Source: Chiloscyllium plagiosum
Lineage: Eukaryota
Assembly (NCBI RefSeq): GCF_004010195.1
Contig: NC_057717.1
Location: 41,791,874-41,825,257, forward strand
Direction of reading: 5' to 3'
Length of the DNA stretch: 33,384 nucleotides
Part shown: one piece after another, positions 1 to 11,379 of the stretch
Layout: the number at the start of each line of letters is the position of its first letter
How positions within the stretch are numbered: the first letter of the stretch is position 1
Translations under genes and position numbers: made by a program
The notes under the pieces: generated by a model
Seen by the model: the letters and a program-made list of their open reading frames with translations, nothing else
Databases searched by the model: none
What the model was told of the DNA's origin: nothing

Positions 1-239
1 AAAACCCACACACCAGATACAGTGCAAAAACAGCAGCCAGGTGTTAATGATATTAGCAAAATGTAAAAGGCAACAGACATACCTTAACAACTTATCCACT
101 AAACAAAGGAGAGCCCAGACAGAAAGGCACCGGGTCCTGCTACAGAAAGAAACTAACAGCAGCATGCCATCTAAATGATGCATTCTATTTTGTTCGAAAA
201 GCACACAATCTGTAGGCATCAGTCCATATGACATTTTAT

Positions 240-730
240 GAATTCCTACTTTGGAAATAAAATCAATCTGACTCCAGACTGGGATTTCAATTCCTCCAAG
301 CTCTCCCTTTCTGACATGACTATCCTTGGTCTCCTCCATTGCCAAACAAAACACAGCTCCTATTGGAGGAATAACACCTTATCTTCCGCCTGGGCACCCT
401 ATAGCCCGGAGGACTCAGCATTGAGTTATCCAATTTCAAATAACCTCCATCACCATCTCCCGTGTCACTTCCCAGCGCCTCCTTCTCCCTTCCACTGCTA
501 CCTGCCACCAACTGGATTCATTCCTCACATTGACCAACCAGGTCGTACCCTCTACCTGTCTTCACCTATCCCTACTTCACCACCCTGCCCCCGCCTTATC
601 TGCAGCTTACCCCACACCCACCCCCAGTCCTGAAGAAGGGTTACATCCAAAATGTTGACTCCACCTCCTGAGGCTGCCTGGCTTGCTGTGTTCTTCCAGC
701 CTCCTACCTGTCTACTTTGGATTCTGCAGT
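240..730 (+). mobile_element. Penelope-like retroelement 3' fragment (GIY-YIG C-terminus plus 3' tail), degenerate
   Basis: Broken frames give FNSSKLSLSDMTILGLLHCQ and HLIFRLGTL*PGGLSIELSNFK, matching the C-terminus of the GIY-YIG endonuclease of vertebrate Penelope-like elements. A C-rich tail follows, ending ctgcctggcttgctgtgttcttccagc; the same tail recurs at ~24770-24830. Confidence 0.7.
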
Positions 731-772
731 TTCTTTGTCTATCCAGGTTGGGATACAGACAGACTCTAACCT

Positions 773-1272
773 NNNNNNNNNNNNNNNNNNNNNNNNNNNN
801 NNNNNNNNNNNNNNNNNNNNNNNNNNNNNNNNNNNNNNNNNNNNNNNNNNNNNNNNNNNNNNNNNNNNNNNNNNNNNNNNNNNNNNNNNNNNNNNNNNNN
901 NNNNNNNNNNNNNNNNNNNNNNNNNNNNNNNNNNNNNNNNNNNNNNNNNNNNNNNNNNNNNNNNNNNNNNNNNNNNNNNNNNNNNNNNNNNNNNNNNNNN
1001 NNNNNNNNNNNNNNNNNNNNNNNNNNNNNNNNNNNNNNNNNNNNNNNNNNNNNNNNNNNNNNNNNNNNNNNNNNNNNNNNNNNNNNNNNNNNNNNNNNNN
1101 NNNNNNNNNNNNNNNNNNNNNNNNNNNNNNNNNNNNNNNNNNNNNNNNNNNNNNNNNNNNNNNNNNNNNNNNNNNNNNNNNNNNNNNNNNNNNNNNNNNN
1201 NNNNNNNNNNNNNNNNNNNNNNNNNNNNNNNNNNNNNNNNNNNNNNNNNNNNNNNNNNNNNNNNNNNNNNNN
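773..1272. other. Assembly gap (exactly 500 N)
   Basis: Run of N. Confidence 1.
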
Positions 1273-1745
1273 CATTAAAACTGAGTGGGCCCTTTATACA
1301 TGGTTTACACTGGTGGAGTGTAACAGCGAATATTTGCTGGTTTTTATGAGTTAACTGCCCTGTCAGTGCTATCAATGAGCAGAGAAATATACTCTTTATA
1401 ACCTACATTCGTGGTAATTATTACTGTAATACTCTCTAATTTAACCAAACATTCCTGATGTACCCTTGCGTTACATGCAATGGTTTAGACGTTGAGAATT
1501 AAAAAAAAACTTATGGACTGTCTTGTTCTAGTTCATTAGATGCTCTTTCAAAAGTTTACCTCGGTGTTATGTATCACTGCGGACTCACATTTTGTTTCTC
1601 AGCCACACAGCTTTCCTTTACTGTGCATTTTAGTGTCGGAGCAATTTGAAAAAAAAAGACGCAGGGCGAGACATTCTGCAATGTAAGGAGGTGCTTCTAA
1701 TCTCCGGGTCCAAACTGTTTAGTGACATACACTCACATTCTGGAC

Positions 1746-2191
1746 ATAATCACTTTAGAAATGCTCTATATTAGGTTGCCGAAACTGAATTTAGAAACAC
1801 AGATTACAAATGGTATGTTATTTTGTAATGTGAGAGAGACTTTGAGTGACAGCAAAAATAAAGTCATTTATTTTGTTGGCTAATAATATTATTGAAGTTC
1901 TTTTTAGCTTTATCTGCTTGTGGTGGAATGTAGGATTAAAGGGAGTTAACTTCTAATTGAATATTCTAAATATAATCACTTTGGACACGCTCTGTATTCA
2001 GTTGCCTAAATTGAATTTTGAAATGTTTAGTATGAATTACATGTTATTTTGAGTGCGACAGAGACTTGCAGTATCCAGGGAAGAAAAGCCCAACTGTTTT
2101 ATTAGCTAGTAATATGTTTTAACTTTAATTTTAGTTTTATCTGCTTGTGAATGAATGTAGAAATAAAGGGAGCTAACTTCCAGTTAAATTT
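1746..2191 (+). repeat. Diverged tandem duplication, 2 x ~226 bp, upstream of the VH promoter
   Basis: ataatcactt occurs at 1746 and 1972. tttatctgcttgtg and taaagggag(t/c)taacttc occur in both copies in the same order. Confidence 0.85.
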
Positions 2192-2441
2192 GTTTTTTTA
2201 TAAACAAAATACATGCAACTACCATGTGAAACAGACCTGAAGCTACTCAAATTTACTTCAAAAGAGGCTATTCAGCAAAACAATTATCCCAAGATGTGTA
2301 TGTGTCCATGTTTAAGCAGAACCTCATGTAAAGACATGATCCCATGTGTTCGGGCTGTGCAAGCTGATACCAGGATCCAGTCTCAGTCTCCAGCAGGAAA
2401 CCAACACGCGGAAGCTGTAAGCCTGCCCCTCCCGATGGCCA

Positions 2442-2447
2442 TATAAA
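2442..2447 (+). promoter_or_regulatory. TATA box of the VH promoter
   Basis: TATAAA lies ~90 bp upstream of the leader ATG at 2535. Confidence 0.6.
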
Positions 2448-2534
2448 TCCTGGGCACTGGACCATAATTCAACACTTCTGGGTCGGCTCTGTTTGGAAAG
2501 ATCTTAGCAGAACCGTTTCCCACAAGTTATCAGA

Positions 2535-2583
2535 ATGATTGTGTCGACAATTTTTCTCAGTTTGTTGCTGACTTTCTTATCAT
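2535..2583 (+). CDS. IGHV: IgM VH leader exon (L-PART1), MIVSTIFLSLLLTFLS(C)
   Basis: Hydrophobic signal peptide with a phase-1 donor GTGAGT at 2584. It splices in frame to the acceptor ttttaaAG (ending 2710) to give ...[14 protein letters not shown]. Confidence 0.93.
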
Positions 2584-2710
2584 GTGAGTGTTTTTTGTTC
2601 AAGTCGCTCTTTGTGACTGTCTCAATGTTAGTCTACGGCAGGAATGTAAAAGACTCAGCTTTCATTTCATCAGCATTAATGCTCATGGTTTATTTGTTTT
2701 CTTTTTAAAG

Positions 2711-3015
2711 GTGTCCAGTCGGAGGTTGTTTTGACCCAGCCAGAGGCAGAGACTGGCCGTCCCGCAGGCAGCCTGAAACTGACCTGTAAAACCAGCGGGT
2801 TCGATCTTAGCAGCTACACCATGCACTGGGTCCGACAGGTTCCCGGACAGGGTCTGGAGTGGCTGCTGTACTACTATAGTTCATCCAGCAGTAACTATGC
2901 ACCAGCGATTAAGGGTCGATTTACTGCGTCCAAAGACACTTCAAACAAAATTTTCGCGTTGGACATGGAGAATCTGAAGATCGAAGACAACGCCATCTAT
3001 TACTGTGCAAGAGAA
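2711..3015 (+). CDS. IGHV: Shark IgM heavy-chain VH exon, open and apparently intact
   Basis: [98 protein letters not shown]. Both Cys, the FR2 Trp and YYCAR are present, and the framework is typical of elasmobranch IgM VH. Confidence 0.97.
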
Positions 3016-3054
3016 CACAGCGAGAGGAACCAGGGCTGGACCCGTTCAAAAACA
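3016..3054 (+). other. VH 23-RSS
   Basis: Heptamer CACAGCG 3016-3022, 23-nt spacer, nonamer TCAAAAACA 3046-3054. Confidence 0.93.
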
Positions 3055-3414
3055 GCTCGAGGGAACATTTTGTCAATTCCATCATAAACTGACGGTCAGT
3101 ACGAGTTTTAAATGCAATTATACCAACTGCGATCTGAAGCAGACCTCAGGCTGCCTCTTACAAAACTATCAAAGAGGAAATGTACCATTTAGACTAGCAA
3201 ACTGGTGACACAATGGGACAATGTTTTGGGCATGTCATATGTACTGCTAACACTTCCATCAATTAAATGCTCTGACAAAGTGTTAGTTTTAGTATATCTG
3301 ACAGCTCAGGAAATCACTGCTAATTGTTATGTCAACTATGGGATTCATTCTAAACATGATCAGTACTAAATGGCTCTTTCAAATGAAAATTGAGACCTCG
3401 AGTAAAGGACAGAG

Positions 3415-3494
3415 AATGAGTGTACTGGTCTACATCATTGTGATACTACAGTGGGTCACAGTGTTGTGCATAGCGACATCCTCATACAATAACC
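3415..3494 (+). other. IGHD: DH1 segment ATACTACAGTGGGT (3443-3456) with 5' 12-RSS and 3' 22-RSS
   Basis: 5' side: AATGAGTGT (degenerate nonamer), 12 nt, CATTGTG 3436-3442. 3' side: CACAGTG 3457-3463, 22 nt, ACAATAACC 3486-3494. The 12/22 D1 layout is characteristic of shark IgH clusters. Confidence 0.92.
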
Positions 3495-3790
3495 ACTGAC
3501 AAGTGTTTATCTCAAATTGGTGATTTCTACCATGGCACGAGCGAGAAATAATGTGAGATGCAACTTAAACGCAATCCAGTAGTGCTAGTTTGTACAAATG
3601 TATAATTTTTTTCTACTTTCTTCGTGTTGATTGTCAAGTTAAATGCAGACCAAACCTGGAAAAGTATTCCAAGCGTTCAAAATACAATGAATCGTAAAAG
3701 CTGGAATAATGCACCAAATCATTTTTAGAGGAGTCTGAATCACTGCTTTCTAGGAAGTGAAGAAATTCTCTGCATTTTACAGTCTGTCAT

Positions 3791-3861
3791 AGTATTTGAC
3801 ACAACGTGTCTCACAGTGATATAGCTGGGGTGACACTGCAATTATGATCAATACAAAAACC
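3791..3861 (+). other. IGHD: DH2 segment ATATAGCTGGGGTGA (3819-3833) with 12/12 RSS
   Basis: 5' side: AGTATTTGA, 12 nt, CACAGTG 3812-3818. 3' side: CACTGCA 3834-3840, 12 nt, perfect nonamer ACAAAAACC 3853-3861. Confidence 0.92.
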
Positions 3862-4189
3862 TATTCAGCCTCCATTGGTTGAAACTAGTCAGTGATTACT
3901 TCTACAAACCGTCTTAACTTGCAGTGCAGTATTAGTTCTGTGGGGTTTTATGCCAGTATCACTATTTAATTTTGTAAAAGTGGTGGGTAATTATTGATAC
4001 ACCAGTTGGGGATTTTGAGAATCAGCTCATGTGTTACTCTGTGAAGTATAAAACAGTATTAAAATTTATCAAGAATGATCAGAGTTCACCAGCGCAATTA
4101 TGTGATGAAGATTTATCATGACTTTATTTTGCCTGTGGTTCTGAAAATTTAAATTGATGGTAGATTTTTGATTTGTTTTATACAGAGCT

Positions 4190-4228
4190 CGTTATTGTGT
4201 GACCCAGTCCAGAGGATGTAACACTGTG
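4190..4228 (-). other. JH 23-RSS
   Basis: On the + strand: nonamer CGTTATTGT 4190-4198, 23-nt spacer, heptamer CACTGTG 4222-4228. Confidence 0.92.
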
Positions 4229-4276
4229 ACTATCTTGATTACAGGGGTCAAGGGACCATGGTGACATTGACTTCAG
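4229..4276 (+). CDS. IGHJ: JH segment YLDYRGQGTMVTLTS (Trp replaced by Arg in the WGxG motif)
   Basis: Follows the RSS, carries GQGTMVT, and ends at a phase-1 donor GTAAGA at 4277. Codon AGG at 4243-4245 stands where TGG is expected. Confidence 0.93.
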
Positions 4277-4789
4277 GTAAGACCCTTGAACTTTCTTAGT
4301 GACTTTTTCAAAACTTTCTATTCATGTGACTAATTTCTGAATTAAATGAAACTCAGATTCTGTGCTGAGTTTGGTTTGGTTCGGATTGATTTTTGTTCAG
4401 ACTGATTACAGACTTCAGTTAAGGCTCAGCAAATAGTTACAATGGTGATGATGGAGTCAGTTGCTCGGTGTATCTCTTTTTCTGATCAGATGGGCATTCT
4501 GTGTGGTTGGGTTACTTGAAACACCTAATGTCTCTTAATCAGTCGGCTATAAATAATGTTTAATGACAGTGACACCCTGACTGTGAGTTTTATTATCAAC
4601 AACAAACGCTAAGAATTCAAAGATGTTCGAGACATTACTAAACATGATTAAAATATGCTAAAATATCATTATTCACTTCTTGAATATATGTTCTTACCCT
4701 GATTATATTTTCTCATTTATTTTGTTAATTTTGTTGATGACAAGCAGGTTAGAAACTGTGATAAAATTTTCTTGCGGTGCTATATTGCA

Positions 4790-4990
4790 TTCTGTTGATT
4801 GGATTCTGAGTTTGTTTTTACTTGGTTTTGTTGAATTGAGTTGATTGGCTTTTGAAATTGTTTTATTTGATTCTGTTGAATTGAATTGTTTGGATTCTGA
4901 TTATGTTTCATTCAAATCTGTTGTTTTGAGTTGATTGGATTCTGATTTTATTTTCCTTGATTCTGTTGAATTGAGTTGATTGGATTCTTA
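4790..4990 (+). repeat. ~45-bp minisatellite (4-5 degenerate copies) in the proximal J-C intron
   Basis: The core tgattggattct and its variants recur at ~4796, 4842, 4887, 4933 and 4977, linked by ttgttgaattgag. Confidence 0.8.
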
Positions 4991-6438
4991 TACATTTTGT
5001 GAAATTGATCAGCGTTTTCATACTTTCTGTAATCGGTGTTTTCTTTCTGGCGGGAGGAGATTGACTCTCTGGATCACTTTTCATTACCAATATTTGTGAA
5101 GTTCTTTTGTTTTTCATGAATCATTTCTGCATTTGTTAAACTTATATGACACATTTTTCTCTGCTTGATTGAAAACATTACATTCATTTGTAACGGTCTG
5201 AAAAACAACTTAAGGCAGAAACCCGGAAGTGTGAGAAATGAAAAAAAAACGAGTTTTAATGCATTGGCTTTTTAAAAAAAAAACTCAGTTCTAATTGTAA
5301 ACGAACTGAATTTTGTTTTGAGTAGCCTCATTCCAAAATAAAATTTGGGACTAAAATCTGAAACTGCAGAATTGATCAGATTATGTAATTGAAACTATCT
5401 TATAATTATAATGTGGTAATATTTGTCCATTCAGTAATTTTGTATTGACAATGAAGTGATTAATCAATATATGCCTTCAACCGCTCTCCTGTGCGCTGCA
5501 CAGGATTGTCACGATCAAGAAGGGTGTACAGGTTGGAAATAAATTGAACTGTTGCCAGAAACGTTCCAGCTTTAAGTGTTAAGTCCCCTCACAAACAAGG
5601 CTGCTGTTATGACTTGTTATTTCTATTCAATTTAATCATTAGTTTGCTGGATTCTGAGCAGCTTTGTTAGACTTCAATCTGGGTTTGTTTTGTGAGGTTA
5701 CATCATGTTCTTGGTTCTGTTGAAAATGTTTGCAGAGCTATTTCTGCTGCAAACACACCGTGCTGTGATCTGGTGATCATTGACCTGTTGAGGAGGGACT
5801 GTGCTTGGGTAACATTAAATGTGTTATATTTGGGAAACCGTTTCTGGTTTCTACATTGTTTTTGCAATGTTAACACGGTTGGTGACAGTGAACCGCTCCA
5901 GGTTCCTCATTCAATGCAATCAGCATGCGAGTTGAAATTTCATAAAGCCTATTAAGTGAAAGGCAAATCGCAAAGGTTATAGAAATGAAGGGAAAACAGA
6001 TACCTTCGGGCGCCATTTTTACTTAAAAGTAATAATTAATTATTAATCTAATCCATGCTTTACAATCCAAATTCAGAACTCCACTATCTAGTTCAATCAC
6101 AAGGTCTGTCTTTAAACAGTTTACAAGTCATCGAGAAATATAAATAGAATTTCAAAAGTCTAATGTTCTAATAGTTCTTGCTCTTGAGCAAAAATGCCAT
6201 GACTGTGTTATAATTGATCAAGAAACACCTTTCAATTCCGCAGTACACTACATACATATTTTTCTGGCTTGAAAAGATCATTGGCAAAGACCATTTGGAA
6301 ACTCTGCTCAATTCTATGAAGATCAGGTCAGTTTCACTGCTTTGATCAGTTTCACACGTAACTTGAGTTAATTCATTGTTATGTCCCTGATTAAACTGGA
6401 TTTACAAGATAAAAATAAAGCATTAACTGAATTATTGT

Positions 6439-6742
6439 GGGCGGCACGGTGACACAGCAGTTAGCACTGCTGCCTCACAGCGCCAGAGACCCGGGTTCAA
6501 TTCCCGCCTCAGGCGACTGGCTGTGAGGAATTTGCACATTCTCCCCGTGTCTGCGTGGGTTTCCTCCGGGTGCTCCGGTTTCCTCCCACAATCCAAAAGT
6601 GTGCAGATAAGGTAAATTGCCCATAGTGTTAGGTGAAGGGGTAATTGTAGGAGAATGGGTCTGGGTAGGTTACGCTTCGGCGGGTCGGTGTGGACTTGTT
6701 GGGCCAAAAGGCCTGTTTCCACACTGTAAGTAATCTAATCTA
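6439..6742 (+). mobile_element. Shark tRNA-derived SINE (HE1-like), full length
   Basis: Head gggcggcacggtg...ttagcactgctgcctcacagcgccagagacccgggttcaattcccg with A/B boxes, conserved body, and tail ggcctgtttccacactgtaagtaatctaatctaat. Confidence 0.88.
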
Positions 6743-6910
6743 ATTTAATCTGCACAGTGCTTTAGGTGTTCCCAATCTGTGCATTATTAAATAAATAGTT
6801 ACATTTTACAACAAAATATCAACTGAGGAGTCATTGTTTCGGAAACAACCGCTATAGTGTGACCAAGGCCAAATTTCGAATTAATTAAAATAATCCACTC
6901 ATGAACTCGC

Positions 6911-7252
6911 AGGGCAGCATGGTGTCTAAGTGGTTGGCACTGCTGCCTCACAGTGCCAGGGTTCCAAATTCAATTCCAACCTCGGGTGACTGCCTGTGTG
7001 GAGTTTGCACATTCTCCCTGTGTCTGCGTGGGTTTCCTTCGGGCGCTCTGGCTTCCTACCACAGTCCAAAAGATGTGCAGGTCAGGTGATTGGCTGTGCT
7101 AAATTGCACACAGTGTACAGGGATGTGTAGGTTAGGATGCATTAGTCAGGGGTAAATATAAATTAGGGGGAATGGGTCTGGGTGGGCTACTTACCGTTCA
7201 GAGGGTCAGTGTGGAATTGTTGGGCCAAATGGCCTATTTCTATACTGTAGGA
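6911..7252 (+). mobile_element. Shark tRNA-derived SINE (HE1-like), older copy
   Basis: Same head, body and tail as 6439-6742, more diverged. Confidence 0.85.
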
Positions 7253-7500
7253 ACCCTACTCTTAAAACCATGGGAGTGCTTGCTGCAAACGCTGTGAATT
7301 CATATTGCATCGATGTGTTCAGACGGATGCAGAGTTCACAAATTTGCAGAAGACATGAACTAAAGGATAACAGAGCACATTGTTTATTCAGACACTGAAA
7401 ATAGAATAATATTTATTTTAAAAAATATATACTTGACCGATTTATTGCAATGTAGCGATCAGAAGGAATCTGCTCACATTACTTAAGTGTGACAATCGTT

Positions 7501-7710
7501 TCGATTAGATTTCCTGCAGTATGTATCGGGCCATTTGGCCCAACAAGTCCACACCGACCCTCTGAAGAGTAACCCACCCAGATCCATTCCCCTACCCTAT
7601 ATTTACCCCTGACTAATGCACCTTACACGATGGACGATACAGCATGACCAGTTCACCTGACATTCACATCTTTGGATTGTGGGAGGAAATCCACACAGAC
7701 ACAGGGGAGA
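7501..7710 (-). mobile_element. SINE 3' half, inverted
   Basis: Reverse complement of the SINE body and tail (ggcccaacaagtccacaccgaccctctgaagagtaacccacccaga). Confidence 0.8.
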
Positions 7711-9006
7711 TAAAATGACCTTGCCCTAATTCCTTCAACAGAAATGCTTTCTACACTGGAATGCAGTATTGACTTGATGCAGTGCATGCAAAATCTCCAC
7801 AGTTCAAGGAACGTTTTAAGAATATGTAAAAATAATTTACAGAATAATCCATTTCCTCCGGATCTGTGCTTTAATTGGCGATATTTCCCACCTCAATAAT
7901 TTTGTTAAATACAATGACTTATTAACTTTATTAACTCAGTGGTTATTTATGTTCATTGTGAACACATTCTCGTTCACATTAATCCTCTGGTTAGTTCCTC
8001 TGATGAATGTTCAATTACAGTGAATATATTCGATGTGAGGAGTTGAGCAATGTATCCTCTAGGATTAAGTCTGTTGTGCAGTTTGTTTCTTTGCTATCTC
8101 CGACTAACTTGTCAACGGTCCTGACCATTTGTAGATTGTCCAGTTCGGATACCTGAATCTCAGACAGTTCAATTTCATCTCGCGCTTCAAAACCACTTTT
8201 ATCTGCCAGAAATACAATATTCGATTAGGTGCCTCAGAATTGAGAGACCTGACTAAGTTGTTCCAATCAGAACGAACATTTCAGGAACAAAAGTCAGATA
8301 GCAAGAGTTTTGAAATTGGTTGTTGGCAACAAGAGAAATTTGATTGAGCGAGGCAGAGGGAAATATGCCGCATATTTTCTTTGTGCCTCAGTTATGCAGG
8401 ACATGTTCCGTGGCACAATGTAGAATCAGAATTTTTTGCATCTTATTATTTGAAAACCTATTATCAGCTTTTAATGTCACTGGCAACGGTCATATTTCAC
8501 TTCAAAACATTTTAATCTTTTCCTAACTATGTAGACCGTCTGGTGCAGCAACATTCACAGGGGAAAGAGGAAGGGAGTTCTAGGTTGGAATCCAGTGACA
8601 GTGAATTGATGGCAATGCAATTCCTAGAATTATTCCTCTGTAGTTCCCATAGAGTTTGAACAATTTGGAGCTGCAGTCAAAGCATTCTTGGATAAATGTT
8701 GAAATGTTACTTTCGTTGTACAAAAATTCTGGAACAATCCCTGGGTGTTGGAAGGTGATAATAACTAACATGGTTTATGTATTGTCAAAACAGGTGGGCT
8801 GTGTTCTCCGTGATAGTGTCAAGCTCATTGTGTTCAGGTCTGTTGTGATGTTGTAGTAGAGTCCCTGATTCTGTGCCAGGTGGCCTGTGTTCACTTACAA
8901 CCTGTAAGAGAGGTATGTAACACAATCTCTTATCAGGTTACTTCAGTGCAAGAAAGCAGATTGACATGTTTGAGTGTTTGTTGGAATTCCACTCACAGAG
9001 GCCAAT

Positions 9007-9286
9007 GGGCGGCAGCACCAGAGACCCGGGTTCAATTCCCGCCTCAGGCGACTGACTGTGTGGAGTTTGCACATTCTCCCTGTGTCTGCGTGGGTTTCCT
9101 CTGGGTGCTCCGGTTTCCTCCCACACTCCAAAAAAGTGCAGATTAGGTGAATTGGCCATGCTAAATTGCCTGTAGTGTTAGATGCAGGGGTAAATGTAGG
9201 GGAATGGGTCTGGGTGGGTGCGCTTCGGCGGGTCAGTGTGGACTTGATGGGCCGAATGGCCTGTTTCCACACTGTAAAGTAATCTA
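9007..9286 (+). mobile_element. HE1-like SINE with an internal deletion in the tRNA head
   Basis: gggcggcagcaccagagacccgggttcaattcccgcctcaggcgac...ggcctgtttccacactgtaaagtaatct. Confidence 0.85.
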
Positions 9287-11379
9287 AAAAAAAATCTATT
9301 CAATCGCCGTCCTGACTTGTGTCTCTGAGATATTAAACAGAATTTTGGTGTTTAGCAGCTTTTTCCAGATCAATATTTGTTCACAAGCTTTTGGGCATCG
9401 CTAGATGGGGTTAATGGAGTAAGTGCTCAAAGAAATCCCAGCTTTTGACTTGCTGTTATGACAATATCATTTATAACTAATCCAGAATAGATCATTTTCG
9501 CAGCATATTTGATGAGATTATGCTTCGGCTGTTTTACTTTATATTAAACCAGTGCTGGAGCTGAATTTGATTGTTCAGTACGCTGGGAGTTCCGCTAAAT
9601 CCAACACTTGCTGCAGATGGTGATAGCTTTTCAGTTGGTCTTCAATTGCTATCTCAGACCATCCAGTACCTCTGCTAAGAATTATTTTTCCAACAGGAGT
9701 CAAGCCAACGTAATCACTGTTTATCTTAACAGGTTGAGCTCTTGTGCCAAAAACATGAAAACAATTTTGTGAGGCGGGGGGGGGGGGTCTCTGGCTGCGA
9801 AAGGTTAACCTCGCCTTCTCTCCACAGGAGCTGCTAGACCTGCTGAGATTCTTCAGAAATTTCTGTCTTTATTTTGGTTTTCTAGATTTTTAAGTGTGTT
9901 GTTTCATTGAAAAATGTTCTGTTCGATTAAACACGTTCTTCAGGGAAAAGATGCATTTGAACAAATTGCGAATGTTCAGAGATATTAAATATCAGAGAAT
10001 CATTGAATTTGAGCGCCCTGATCTCGAGCTGTAGTTTTACAAGAAACTATGATGAAGTAACAACATACTCCAGAGTGCAGTGGCTGTTGTAATTGGGTGG
10101 AAGTTATTTTGATCACTCAGATAGAGAATGTCAATGATCCCATTCCAAATAATCAATAGAAGTTTTTTTCTAAAGCATGTGTGAAACAATTAATTTGTTG
10201 AAATATTGTAATAAAAAGTGTTCACCGCCAGTGCTAGCTTAATGAATGACACAATTATAGGAAGGTGGGAGCAAGAGGAGGGCACTCAGCCCCTCGAGCT
10301 GTTCCACCACTTACTTAGATCATGGAGCATCTGTGAGCTAAATCCACAGGTCTCCCCTTGGTTAAAACTCTTTAACACCTTTGATTAACAAGCAAAAACT
10401 ATCCCAGATTTACTTATTTGACTGCACGTAACAAAGGGAGACACCATTTCTGAAAGACATTCCTGTGAGTACTGTGACACAATGAGGCTGGAATTAATTG
10501 CTCATGAAAGTAAACTTCAAATCTCTGACAATTTCCAATTGAAACATCCCAATCAACATATGTCATTAATTTAATACTATACTTCCCTGGAATAAAGAAA
10601 TATAATGTGTGATTGCCTTGCTAAAAATGAGGGAAGCTTCATTCCTATTATATGATTAAGAAATAACTCTGTTCATTCAGTGAAAACACAGTCAAGTCAC
10701 ACAAAAGGAAACCATGTCATCTTGTGCAGACACACAAGTGCCTCAAATAATTTTCAATTCTTCCAGTGGTTGTTTGAATCTCTAGACAGGTGTGGAAGTG
10801 TCAGACTTTTTATATCGCCTTGAGAAACCAGTTGTCATCAGCCTATTTGAATTGCTGAAGTTTGTGTGGTATTAGCACATTCACAGCGCTGTTAGGAAGT
10901 GAGTCCCATGGCTGTTATTGAGGAAGAAGTAACGAGCAGGGAAATAGTTGAGAGTCAAGTTGAAGTCTGATTTCGAGGAAAGCTTTCAGGAGAACCATTT
11001 ACATGCATGTACGTCCTTATCCTCAAGGATCACAGTTTTGGAACATGCTGCCGAAGGGACATGTCAGCATGCAAAATGGAAGCTGAAGAAGGCACCTTTG
11101 GCCCCTCCAAAAGGCTATTCCATTCATGGGATCATCATTAATCTTGCTGCTCACCAGTCTTCCCAACACACCGATAACATTGAACCTGATTGTTTACTGT
11201 TCAGCAAAAGAATGGTGGAACTTTGGAATTCTCCACCACAGAAATTGATTGAAGACAAAACATGAAATGATTTCAATAAGGAGATAGATTCCTTTAATCC
11301 TTAAAAAATGCTACGGATATGTGGGAGAAAGGGAAACAGGCTACAATATTGGTTGAAAGCCATGAAGACATTGAATGGG

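Noticed and set aside
652-1375. Long ORFs in the ORF track spanning N runs (also at 16066-16435, 17544-18103, 26176-26691 and 31262-31879)
   Set aside because: These are artefacts of translating assembly gaps.
4790-4990. CRISPR-like array
   Set aside because: The context is vertebrate, the units are degenerate tandem repeats without unique spacers, and there are no cas genes.
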